A DNA stretch of 64,000 bases, taken from Setoptus koraiensis (Eukaryota; Animalia; Arthropoda). The DNA is taken from NCBI GenBank assembly GCA_048013815.1, contig CM106585.1, forward strand, positions 1,054,001-1,118,000. Reading direction: 5' to 3'. The translations under genes were made by a program, and so were the position numbers. Shown here in pieces: positions 13,057 through 24,800 of this stretch. Each line of letters opens with the position of its first letter. Within the stretch, counting starts at the first letter, position 1. The notes below the pieces were generated by a model. It saw only the letters and a program-made list of their open reading frames with translations, was not told the origin of the DNA and ran no database searches.

Positions 13057-15244
13057 AGGCTTCCTCGTCCCGTTTCTTTGTGACAGACACTCTATCCGTC
13101 TAAATGTTCGCAATTCCAATTACTATTATTGTTATTATCACAATTACAAACGGACAGCAGCAGGTGGCCTCGATGATTACTAGGACTACGCTGTGTCCCA
13201 ATGACCAACATCCATTTCTTTGCACCAGCTAATAAGGACACATCATAGCTGATCATTGAGATCGGCATCGATCAAAATCCAATTGAACTTGTGATGATCA
13301 CCGCAGCAATTGTAAATCGTTGTGTGTCAGTCAGTGTGTGAGCGCTACACACAACAAGATATCATCCTCTGGCCAGTAGGAGAGTGTGAAATTAGATTGA
13401 TTCCGTCTGTCCAACAAACAGGAACAGGTGAACGAAATAGATAGCGGGTGATTATGTCATTGTTTCTATTGGTCGCTGTTGGTCATGTCTACAGTTACAG
13501 TGTTCACTGATAGTCAATTGTATTACACGAGACACGATCAGCGATTGTGTCCAGTTACATCGCCTGCAACACAATCACCAGCGACAGAAATATCTAGCTT
13601 TGTATAGAAATTGAGCTCATTGAGCTATAGGACACACACAGAAATAAACGCCACCCAAGAACAAGGCAATATGCAGCTTATTGTATCATGAAGCAGAATG
13701 ATAAAATATATCGAGTAGTCACGATACAAATAACACGATGATTATCTATTGACCACTTTGAGTTCGTACTATATTACACAACAGCTACAACAACAACTTC
13801 AATCTTTGTCTACAAGGCTGCTCCTTTGGCGCCATCAGACACTCTAGGTTATTGGGCCAACAAAAGTTTCCGTTATATCGCTCGAATGACTGTTACTGTT
13901 GCAAAATCATCCAGCGCGCTGCTTGTTGTTGTTGTTGTTGCTGCTGCTGTTGTTGGTCTATATGCAAATTATATCATCTTTCCATCAATGAATTTCTATC
14001 AATGAGTTAATATCCATCAGTGGGTAAGTGAGTGGGTGGGTAAACAAACATTTTATACTATCTCTCCTAAGTGTTTGCTTGCACCATAATAACAAAAATA
14101 AACAACATGATTGCATTGTCTCGCATTGGATTTTATTTTATCAAATCTTGTTCTCTTACAGCAACAACGACAACAACAACAACAATCACTTCTCTAATAA
14201 CAATAGAGAAACTCTAGCATCCTTAGAACAATAGACCGTTCTCTCAATTCAATCCATCCCATCATGATCACCAAGATAACCATTCAACGCACAAACGGCA
14301 GCACTTACGTAATGTACGCACTTAAACAACACATTTAGTTTGTCGTTGTTCCTAATTCGAAATAGACACATAAACATAAAGACAGCTACAAGTGAAATCT
14401 ATCTGCTACCACTATCAAGCACAAATCTCACGCCCCATTGGGCGACACAATTACTACCAACAATATCTACTTTCTATCAGATCTTTAAACAAAATCATAC
14501 ACCCATTACCGTGATATTTGTATGTTCCTTATTCTAGTCACTTAACAATGAAATGAATTTGACAAAACTGCACCTTGTCGTTCTGAAGGTTCTAGATCTT
14601 ATTCCTTTTCAAGCATCGTCAGCTATCAGAATGGCCAGAAATTATGGACGATCATATTTGGTGTTTCGCCTTCATCCAGTCATACGCCATAAGATATCCT
14701 GTTTGTTTTATAACTCACCTCACCTTGTGTGACTCAAGTATGCGTGTTTTTTTTCTCACTGTTTTTCATCTAGTTCTATATATAGAACAAGACTCAATCT
14801 AACTATGCAAGATAGTTGCTATTCCGTGTCACGGTCTATTTGCATAATGATCTGACTGAAGTCATAAATAGCTGATATTGGTTTCGTGCATATTACTACT
14901 GGAATTCGTTAATGGTGATCTATGACTCTCGTTTGGTCCACACATTCTTACAAATGGAACATGAACAAGATACCTATCATTAAGATCGTCGGACATTGTC
15001 CAAGCGTACCTTTGTCTAATGATCATTTATAACTGACTTTGATCCAGTTGACACCAAAAATTGTTTGTTTAACATACATCCTTAAACGTTGTCATTTGAA
15101 GCACTATAAAGTAGCACACTTTTATGCCAACGGTATTGGAAAAATCTAAGCAAAGTTTCCGAGTAATTGCTTAAAGTTGATTGAGGATATTTCATCTAAA
15201 AACAATTTAATTCCTATTGTGCGACATTTCAGATTTTTTGGGTG

Positions 15245-16348
15245 TTATGTTTTCAGATGGGATGGGGAAAATGTTTGTTTCAATTGATATGCGTCTGCAA
15301 CAATCATAATGATCTCTTTCTCCGACCAATGAAAAGTTGGTAGATTCTGTAATGACAACATAAGGCCTTGGAAGTCGCATTCGCTCAATAATTTCTTCGA
15401 CCAGAATCGAAGAAAGGCTGCACAAACAAATAAATGGAAAGAAGAGGAGAAAGGCGTCTCACTTCCATTGGCCCAGGGTGTCATCTCACCAACCAGGCTA
15501 GTGTTGGACGTAGAGCTGACCACTTGATTACCGGTACTGGCAGATGTGGATGAGGTGGGTGAAAAGGTCACAATGACCCCTTCAGCTAAGTATGAATCCC
15601 AAAGTCTAATCACTAGTCTTAGTGGTATTTCTCTGATTAGTAAATTGTTCATCCACCTAAACGCGAATTGTAAATAATCGACTCCATGATTTTTGAGATG
15701 ATTATGCAACACGGCATCAGACCTCGACACCACCTTGGCCAACATTTTAACTAGCCTCTGGATTCCAGGTTGAGCAAATGTATAATTATTCTGTATAGAG
15801 TCTAAAAGTTTGCAGAAGGACCAAAAAGTATCTGCCTCGATGCCCCGTAGAATGGTTTCGTCCACAAGACTCAAATTAAAATTCTCTACGTCGTCTAAAT
15901 TTCCACTATCACTGTACTCAGAGAGGTATGTCAAAAAGAATGGAGTCACTAGATCATTCATGCCTTGTACATAACCACTGGCTGGATGCCTGATTGACCA
16001 AATATACAATATGCGCTCGAATAATTGTTGTACGGCCGGTTGTTGAAATATGGCTATTAGGGGTTGCATGCGTGGTATATCGATATGTATTTGCCGCCAC
16101 ATTCCATCATCTAATGATCTATCATTATAGTACTGTTCAACAAGACGATTGTACTCCTCTCGTTTTCTTAACAATTGTTGCTCTCTCTTTGATTTCGTCA
16201 CCGGTAAATAACCAAGTAATAGTCGCCATGTAAGGGGCCTGTATCGTTTTGGTATACCACTCCAGGCAATCATTTTGAGTTGATTAAGATCGGTGACCTC
16301 ATCCTCATGTAGGAGCTTGTGGAATTTGGCTGTTTTTGGGTCGCACAT
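15245..16348 (-). CDS. TBC1D22: TBC1 domain family member 22 (Rab-GAP, Gyp1-like), intronless ORF of 367 aa
   Basis: Motifs WSGIPKRYRPLTWRLLLGYLP, RQIHIDIPRMQP (arginine finger), HPASGYVQGMNDLVTPFF (glutamine finger), YLQFAFRWMNNLL and FHLFVCAAFL...LQNLPT match the TBC1D22A/B family. Confidence 0.95.
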   Translation of the reverse strand: MCDPKTAKFHKLLHEDEVTDLNQLKMIAWSGIPKRYRPLTWRLLLGYLPVTKSKREQQLLRKREEYNRLVEQYYNDRSLDDGMWRQIHIDIPRMQPLIAIFQQPAVQQLFERILYIWSIRHPASGYVQGMNDLVTPFFLTYLSEYSDSGNLDDVENFNLSLVDETILRGIEADTFWSFCKLLDSIQNNYTFAQPGIQRLVKMLAKVVSRSDAVLHNHLKNHGVDYLQFAFRWMNNLLIREIPLRLVIRLWDSYLAEGVIVTFSPTSSTSASTGNQVVSSTSNTSLVGEMTPWANGSETPFSSSFHLFVCAAFLRFWSKKLLSECDFQGLMLSLQNLPTFHWSEKEIIMIVADAYQLKQTFSPSHLKT

Positions 16349-17227
16349 TATGTGAGTTTGTGTGTGGATCTAACCGACAATGTGCATGCAGTTCCAACTA
16401 ATACGTATTTTTTTATAATCCTGATCCTCCCTGTTATCGATTCGTGAATGATAATATACAAAAGTGATATATCATCAAACTGGTCCTAATCAGCTAGAGG
16501 ACCGATCAACATATATGCTGATGTTGTTTGTGCAGTAGGTGAGCCGTTGTTTTAAAATTTAAATTATCAAGCAATAAACTACAAACGACTTATACAAGTC
16601 AGTTCCTCATTTGATATCAGATATTCGAGAGTAGGCTGTCCACAGATGATCCGTATCACGATATCAATATCACTGCCCTGCGAGATGTTGTTTACTTGGC
16701 CTGCCGACTGCCCTACTCTCAATCTGAACGTGTTCCAATGAGTGAGAAATGGCGTACTTTTCCAAAGTCCTTTTGAGGTTCGTGTTCTGTTTTCATTTAC
16801 AAATGAGATTTGGCGCCCTATTCAAACCATAAATTTTTTTGTATCTCACTGTAAACGTTGGTCGATTTTCTGCTTTGACGATGCTTTTGCAACACCAAGC
16901 TCTCAGACGAATACCCTAAGACCCAAAAAGCCTTGTTTATTGCGTTTACGTAAAAATGCATGCGTGAGTCATTTGTGCATTTCGCAGTTGTACAGAACTT
17001 TCCAGATTGCTTCATAATAAACATATTATTATTATTTTTGATTTGTTGTTACATATGCGGATTATTAGATTAGAAACAACATCATTTTGTTAACACTAAA
17101 TTCTAAACTGAATTACAAAGTTGCAATTGAAGAAAACAAACAGCAACCCAACTTAACGAAACATCGTCTGACGATATTGCACCAAACTGTTATATTATCT
17201 AACAATACATAATTATTGGTCAACATA

Positions 17228-19188
17228 ATGGGCAGTATAAACAAGAGCCACAACGAAAGCGACGGAGGTGTTGTACTGTTTGCGGGCGAGCTAATTTTGA
17301 TCTATTGTGATGCTGTCACTTGCGAAATCGGAGGCAAAGAATCGGTAAGATTTCATTCATGGTACCCATTCAATTGTCCTGCAATTGTGATGACTACTTA
17401 TCAACATTCATTCTTCATATAATATGCTAATTTTATCCTCCTCTCTTTTACATCTGCTCACTGCATATACTGGCCAACTGATTGCCTATTTAAAACCCTT
17501 AGGTCAAAGGCAGAATTTATCTCACAACCCATAGGATCATCTTCATTGCTGCACCTTTGAAGCAAAATTCTACCGTGAAATCATTTTGTGCGCCATTCTT
17601 TGCATTGACAAATATCTCTTTAGAGCAACCTGTTTTTGGTGCTAATTACATCAAATCCAGTGTGAAAGATGAGGCGGATCATTCGCAATCGTTCACTTTC
17701 AAGCTCAAGTTCTACAAAGGTGGAGCTATTGAATTTGCCAGAGCAATGGATCAGGCGGCTGCAGCGGTCTCGCGCATGAATCCGAATCCACCAGCCTACA
17801 CACCAACTCCAGGAAACACCCAGTATTATCAGGTAATTATAAATTAATAAAATGACCATTGCTAACAATCTCAAGCTAGAATCTGATAGTATAATCTCAT
17901 AAATCTGTCATTTGTTTCGTATGTCATTCACAACATACACAGGCTCCTCCTAGTGTCTATGCACCAGGATACAATTGTGGATTCCAAATGCCAACACAAC
18001 AATTTCCGGGTAATAATAACATAACACTCGTTTACGTAGATAAGAGAACTTCCATGACATTCTACCGATATCCAACATGGCCAAGCGTTGTTCAGGTCAC
18101 TCCGAAGAGAACTAACTGTATATGGGAATGGGTACCCTTACCCATTCCGATCTTCATTCCGATTTGCTCATAACATAATAAGCATGAGTTAAATTAACTA
18201 GATCATTCAATGATTTCATGATCGTGATAAGTGTTAAAGTGAACCAAAGACTCAGAGACAGAACTTGATATTATGGCCAGAATAAAGTTACACGACAGAC
18301 GATTGCTCAATGATAATTAACAGAGAAGCAACCACAAACCTGAGATTCAACAATTTACTTGAAACTAACAAAACCGACTTATTTTTCATTATTTTTTCTT
18401 TTATCTCTGACTCATCTTGATTCGATAATCTAGAACAACCTCCCATTGGTTTCATTTATGCTAGCGCGGCGCCTCCACCATATCCTGGTATGACTCCGCA
18501 ACCACCTCCGACCACCCTACCATCCAGTGTGCCTCCTTATCAGCAAGGAGCGTACAGTCAGTCTGGTCAAGGTCTGCCGTCAGGATATGGTCAGCCTGGT
18601 CAGTACCCAGGGCAGCAGCAACAACCTGGTCAGTATCCAGGACAACAACCACCACCGTATAGCCCAGGGGCTGGGTACCCAGGACATCAGGGGTCTCATG
18701 GTCAACCACAACAGCATGCACCCGGTTACCCGGCTCAAGCTCCTGCATCCAATCAGTCCGGTTATCCAGGACAAGCACCTCCTGCGGGTCAGGCGGGTTA
18801 CCCAGGTCAGGCACCTCCTGCAGGTCAGCCAGGATATCCTGGTCAGGCACCTCCTGCAGGTCAACCAGGATACCCTGGTCAGGCACCTCCAGCAGGTCAG
18901 CCAGGATACCCTGGTCAGGCACCTCCTGCAGGTCAGCCAGGATACCCTGGTCAGGCACCTCCTGCAGGTCAGGCAGGGTACCCTGGTCAAGCACCAACTG
19001 CGAACCAATCCCAATATCCTGGTTATCCAGGGCCTGCATCACAACCAAGTGGCCCAACGCAATCATCCACTGCTCAACCGGCTTATCCAAATCTGAGCCA
19101 GTTATCTAATAATGCATCAGCACCTCAAGATTGGCCATCTGCACCATCATTCAATCCAAATTGGCAAGAGGAAAAAAAGAGTCAATGA
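17228..19188 (+). CDS. WBP2: WW domain-binding protein 2; exons 17228..17344, 17503..17832, 17943..18009, 18434..19188 (422 aa)
   Basis: GRAM-like N-terminus (KGRIYLTTHRIIF, EQPVFGANYIK, FYKGGAIEF), PPxY motifs and C-terminal EEKKSQ (human EDKKTQ). All GT-AG sites are phase-consistent and total length is 1269 nt. Confidence 0.93.
18724..19011 (+). repeat. Coding 36-bp tandem repeat (GYPGQAPPAGQP-type) x8 within WBP2 exon 4
   Basis: Six near-identical 12-aa units (18760-18975) flanked by two degenerate units. Confidence 0.95.
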
Positions 19189-21010
19189 TGTTATACAACG
19201 AGCTGGAGACGGATCAAATCAGAACAATTATTGACTGGTAATGAGCCGATTTGAGATTTTCGAGCTATCATAACAAAACGCATTACATCGCTTCATGCAA
19301 ACGACGTTATAACGACTGAAAACCTATCTAATGTTGCCTTGAGATTTTAAATATATGAGATACAAGAATATCAAATCTATAGTTGAATTGTAATACTTAT
19401 TATGTTTCTCGGAACAATTTAGAGCATCTAACTATTAACAAACATTAATCAAATTACTATTGCACACAGATAGATAAGATCTATACATATATTGTATGTG
19501 TTCACGGATGCATCCCCAATAACTACTCACATTGTCATGTCGAGATGGCACATTGCCAAGCAATCTTGATTCATAAAATCAATAAAAAAAAACTAATGCG
19601 ACAGTAAAATCTTACTCAAAAAGAGCAACGTGCTCGTTTTGACCAATTCATGTTCTTTTACGGCTATTTATTCTATCGTGAAGTGAAGTCCACTCGACCT
19701 TGAGCGATAAGAATTCATTTTGAAAGAGTCCGAGGCACTGAGCTAAGACCTTTCAACAAAACCATGACTGCATGGTTCCGTCACTCGTCTAAGTATTAGA
19801 TAAACCACTTAGGGCCATGAGTACTCTCAATATAGGGTTTAAAATAAATTTTCCCTACACTTCTAGTGATCTAGTTCTCCATTGTTGTGATGTATTCTCT
19901 TTTATAAAACCTTTATCTCACATTGCGTCACATGTCGTCTTGCTTCTACTGTACTAGAATAGCGCACTTATTGAGCACATAGGTCCGTTCGCACTCCTCA
20001 GCGCGCATTGGCTAACTGGGGTCTTGCCATTGCAGTCTAAACGTGCTCTAACGCGACCAAATAAACTGAGCCTATTTATGCCCCGTGCTACTCCTCCAGT
20101 GTATATGGCTCAATCATAGGGTCATCATCGTAACACACACAAGCGCAAACACGAAGGCACAAAAACAACCAAACAACGACTATACCGTTATACCACTATA
20201 GCTAACACCTCTACAGCATTCTGTTAGTTGCTTGTTTGGTTCTGTTACTGTAACAGTTATGCAGCAGCAGCGCTAGTGGCAACGATGATGGCTTCATAAG
20301 GGCTCGGCGCCCCTCAACGGTTATGAATGAGGCTCTGGCGAGCTTCTCTTGCTTAGTCAAACCGAGAATATGTGTGCGTTATCTCTATGCTTTTCTCCTT
20401 TTGGGTTGGTTCTTCTATTCGCTTGTGAATACGAGCGTTAATAAGATTTGTGTGTTCTTCTTCCGTCTCTCTGTGTATATTTCTCTCTTATTGTTTGTTA
20501 TTCGACGTCTTTTACACTTTTGATCTGCAATCTCTATCAATATACAACAATACAGAATATATATACATACATACATAAATTAACAAGAACAACTAGACCA
20601 CGAGCAGCAACGACAGAAATATAAATATTGCATAAGTAAATATGGGAATATATTTATTTGACTGTCATCCTTATGCAGATGTACGCCCATTAATGTAAGC
20701 AAGCGCATATCAGTTAGTAACGAATGACTCAATGTATTCCAGCGGAACGCAATAATAATTATATAAATGGAAATAATATATTATTAAAGCAAGCCCCTCC
20801 AATTGTGAGCAAGCTTAGCAAATAAACCAATCAAACGCAAAACAATTCTCTATACACAGAGTCTTACAACAATATCTACGCTCATAGCTGAAGAGAAATC
20901 AAAAGAAGAAGAATGAGGCCCAGTCATTAATTATATTAATAATTGTTAGCGTAATTAATATTATAGCCTGATTGACGACGAAACGCGTATCTGTGTCTAT
21001 GTGTTTGTGC

Positions 21011-21014
<4 letters not shown>

Positions 21015-21050
<36 letters not shown>
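21015..21050. repeat. (GA)n microsatellite
   Basis: Direct reading. Similar tracts occur near 4823-4848 and 35320-35346. Confidence 0.95.
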
Positions 21051-21057
<7 letters not shown>

Positions 21058-21829
21058 TAGAATCATCTTAAGGAATTGAAGCTAGTTCGAATCAATCAAT
21101 GCAAGTGCTAGGTCATAAGCGTTAATTGAGTTTTCACATCATATTATAATAATTGATATTATGCTAAATAGTAGAGTGAATTCGAATGAGTGGCCTCAAC
21201 AACAGCTTCAACTGAGTTGAGTTACCAATGGTGTTGTTGCTGTTGTTGTCGTTAGCATTGTTATTGTTGTGGCATAACATTAGATAGAACACAGATAGAA
21301 GCTACCATTTAATGGGCACTTCTTTTTCATCTAGATCGTTCATGTGCGCTCTATATAACATAATTTATCCACGGCTAGATGTCAATTTACGGTTGCTATA
21401 AAATGTCTTGCTCTCTCATCAAGACCCATTCATTATAGTGCGCCATCTATTTATCTGTCTATTTACAGTAGTGGCCTGTATTTCAATCTAATTATTTAGA
21501 TCGATTTATAGCATCATCATCATCAGTGTGCGTGTGTCTTATGAGCTTACAATAAATAAAGCTATAAGCTAAAACTATTTTAGTATCTGACATCATCAAG
21601 CATCACCATTACTTGACGCACTAACACTAACACTGACACTGGCACACACACAAACCATCAACTGGCCCTATATTGTTGATGGTGTTGTTTGATGATGCAA
21701 TAGGCGTTGTGCACGTACAAATAGATCATCAAAATAGAGGTACATAGTAATACTAATAATAATAACAGTAATAATAATAATAATAATAATAGAACGCGCC
21801 ATCTATCTCGATGACAAGCTATTAACACA

Positions 21830-24800
21830 ATGGGCATCAGCGAAGAAAATCGCCGATATGATCAACGGGACGACTCTAGACGTTCGTCCTGGGGTCGCAA
21901 CGAGCTAGATGATGAGGCCGCCATTGAGTTTATACAAGATGATGATGCTCACAACAATAACGCCAACGCGGACGATCTCTTTCATTTGGATGAACAAGAT
22001 GAGAGCGGCGAGGATGGCATGCAACAACAACAACACCGTCAACGTCTAACTGACAGTGTACGCGATGATAATGGACAGATTGACGTAAACAACAGCAACA
22101 GCAACGATGAGCCAGCAAGCGATCGCAACGAACGACGTCTAGCCACTAGCACGACCACAAACAGTAGTACTGGCGGTGGCAATCAATTTGCTGTCGTAAG
22201 CAATGCTATTGGGGCCACATCAAATGGTAGCTCCTCTATCATGGGCGAACCTCACTTGTCATCGGCAGCATCGTCGGCGGCCGCATTGATAGCGGCACCA
22301 TTACCGCCAGTGGCTGAGGAGCCTCAATTTTTTTCACTAACTGATGCGGAAGACGACGCTGTTGGAGATATGATGATCAACGGGTACGCCAATAATGTAA
22401 CAACCACCGATGGCGGGCGGCGCCAACAAAATGTTAATATCAATGTTAATACAGCTAATAGTACTACTGTTTGCAGTCGATTTGATAACAACAATGTACT
22501 TGCAACACTGGAGAATGGTGCAGGCGAAACAGCAACAACCAATAACGCACCACCAGTGCCCAGACAACGACACCAAGCTGTGTCTAATGGTACTGATAGC
22601 GGTATGGGGTCTGGCGATGGCACTTGCAATGACGGCAACGGTATAACCAACAATTTAAATCGCAACATTGCATTATCATCTGGCCAGCAATCCATCTTCG
22701 TCGGGCTGGAGTCGCAGGGTTCCGTTACTAGTAATATCACAACTAATGCCAATACGGCAACCACTGCCACTAGTGCTAGTAACGTTACTATCGCTAGCAC
22801 AACCACAAGTGCAAATTTAGGCGTGGGCCTCGTTACTACTCAACAGACCATTGCAGGCATTGGTGGACAGCAGCAGCAGCAACCATCTACTGGTGGCGCC
22901 CTCTCGAACACCATTAGGGGCGCCAGCTTGCGAGATCGGGGGCCGCCCTTGTGCAGCAACACAGACGAGTCTCGTCATTCTAACTGCAAAGAGACAGATC
23001 TGTACGACAGCGAGACAGTTGAGAAGTTCGAGCCAACGAGAGCCAGCACAATAGACAGTGGTCACAAAGGTATAGATCACCAGCAGCACCAACAACTACA
23101 CCAACAACCACAGCCACACATACTCAAGCGGCCCAACTGGCACCAACAGCAACGTCAACTACCTCCAATTGGGGGCAGTGTGCGATTACGTGGCGAGAAT
23201 ATTAAGCAAATCTATCGAGACGGTTCGGGCACTTTCAAGAGTAGACAGCAACGTGACAAGGAGGCCTCGCAATTTGCTACCAACAACAACAACAACAACG
23301 ACGACGCTGATGACCAGTCAGTAGTAGATGAACAGCAGCCCAGCAAATTCGACAGAGTTGGTAGATTGCCCTCGTTTAAACGCAATCAATCCGTTTCATT
23401 TCGAGTGAATCCATTGCGACGAAACAGACACAGTGTAGACATCAGAAATTTGCCCTCATATCTGTCTAATAAACGTACTTCGATTGTTGATGTTGCATTC
23501 AACGCAATGAGTTCATTATTTACGGGAGGAAATTCGTCAAATTCAAATAATCAACAACAACAGTCGCAAGAGAACAACCACGGATCCTCTTCAGATGAGC
23601 CCATTTTTGAGGAGCCCATCGCACCCACCTTATCGTTGGGTCAACGAGTGGCTCTCGTCAAAGCAAATGGATCAGATTTTGGCACTGTTGGCTGGATAGG
23701 TAGAATACCACAAATTGAGGACGAATGGGCAGTGGGAGTTATATTTGACAATGCCATAGGAAATAGCGACGGCCAAATAAATGGCATTAGGTATTTTCAG
23801 GCGAGATACAATTTTGCCATGTTCTTACCACTGTCAGCTCTAACTAAAACTGAAAATTATATTGGCAGACCCGAAACGGGCACGGTATTGTCTAGGATGT
23901 CGGTGTCGTTGAGGCCAGGCCAAATGATTAGTATACAACGGTCGACGGTTCGGTTGCAGCATTGCTTCTTGAATGCGCCCCATCAGAGAGTTGGTCACGA
24001 TGTCAGAGCTGTCAGTAACAGGCTACATTGTCAATGTCACAATTGTGGCCCCTGTGCCCACCTGACTAAACAGGGTCGATTTACAGCGCTTACAGCTAAT
24101 GTTAGTTATCGACATCATGAAGAGTCAATTTATAGCAGCTCATCTAATCGTCATCATCATCAGCACATCTGCGAAGCATCCATGTATTCCAGTGGTCACG
24201 ATAACTGTTGTCAACAACCAACAACACAATTACACGATTACATCAAGCCACCAATACCAGCCTCGTTATTGCCAGCGCCGAGTCACTTGTTGTTTGATAA
24301 AGGCTCTGACTGGCCATCAGCTCCACCAATGTTTCCGATAGAAACAAAACGAGAGCGACATCACAAAAGACGTTCCTCGTACAGACAGAATAGGCATCAT
24401 CATCGACGGTATAACAGCAACATCAATAATACTAATACCAATAGTAATATCACTGGCAGCAAAAAAGAGCCCATTGTGAGTCCGCCACCAGCGCCATTGT
24501 TGGATATGGCAACTCTGAACAGTATAATAGAGGGAAAAATGAGGCACGGTAACAATCAACCATTAGCAACAACGACAACCACAGGCCTTCCTAGGCGTAC
24601 GTTAGATTCAACAAGTAGTCACGATTTCGATGACACCAAATACTTTGCAGATCTGGAGACGGCCCGTTTAGAGCGTCGCCAAAACAGAAGACATCTCAGA
24701 CAACGCAATCGTCAGGTTAGCGAGGCCTCGTCAACAAATGAAATGTTCGGAATAAAACAAGGTGCTCTAACAGAATCTTCTGAATCATCTATGTCGTCGT

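Noticed and set aside
18010-18039. Apparent 30-nt intron in WBP2 (gtaata...cgtag)
   Set aside because: The downstream frame is not WBP2-like. The 18010-18433 intron restores the conserved PPPYPG exon.
18461-19090. 209-aa minus-strand ORF and other overlapping ORFs with 12-aa repeats
   Set aside because: Antisense or alternative-frame shadows of the WBP2 coding repeat.
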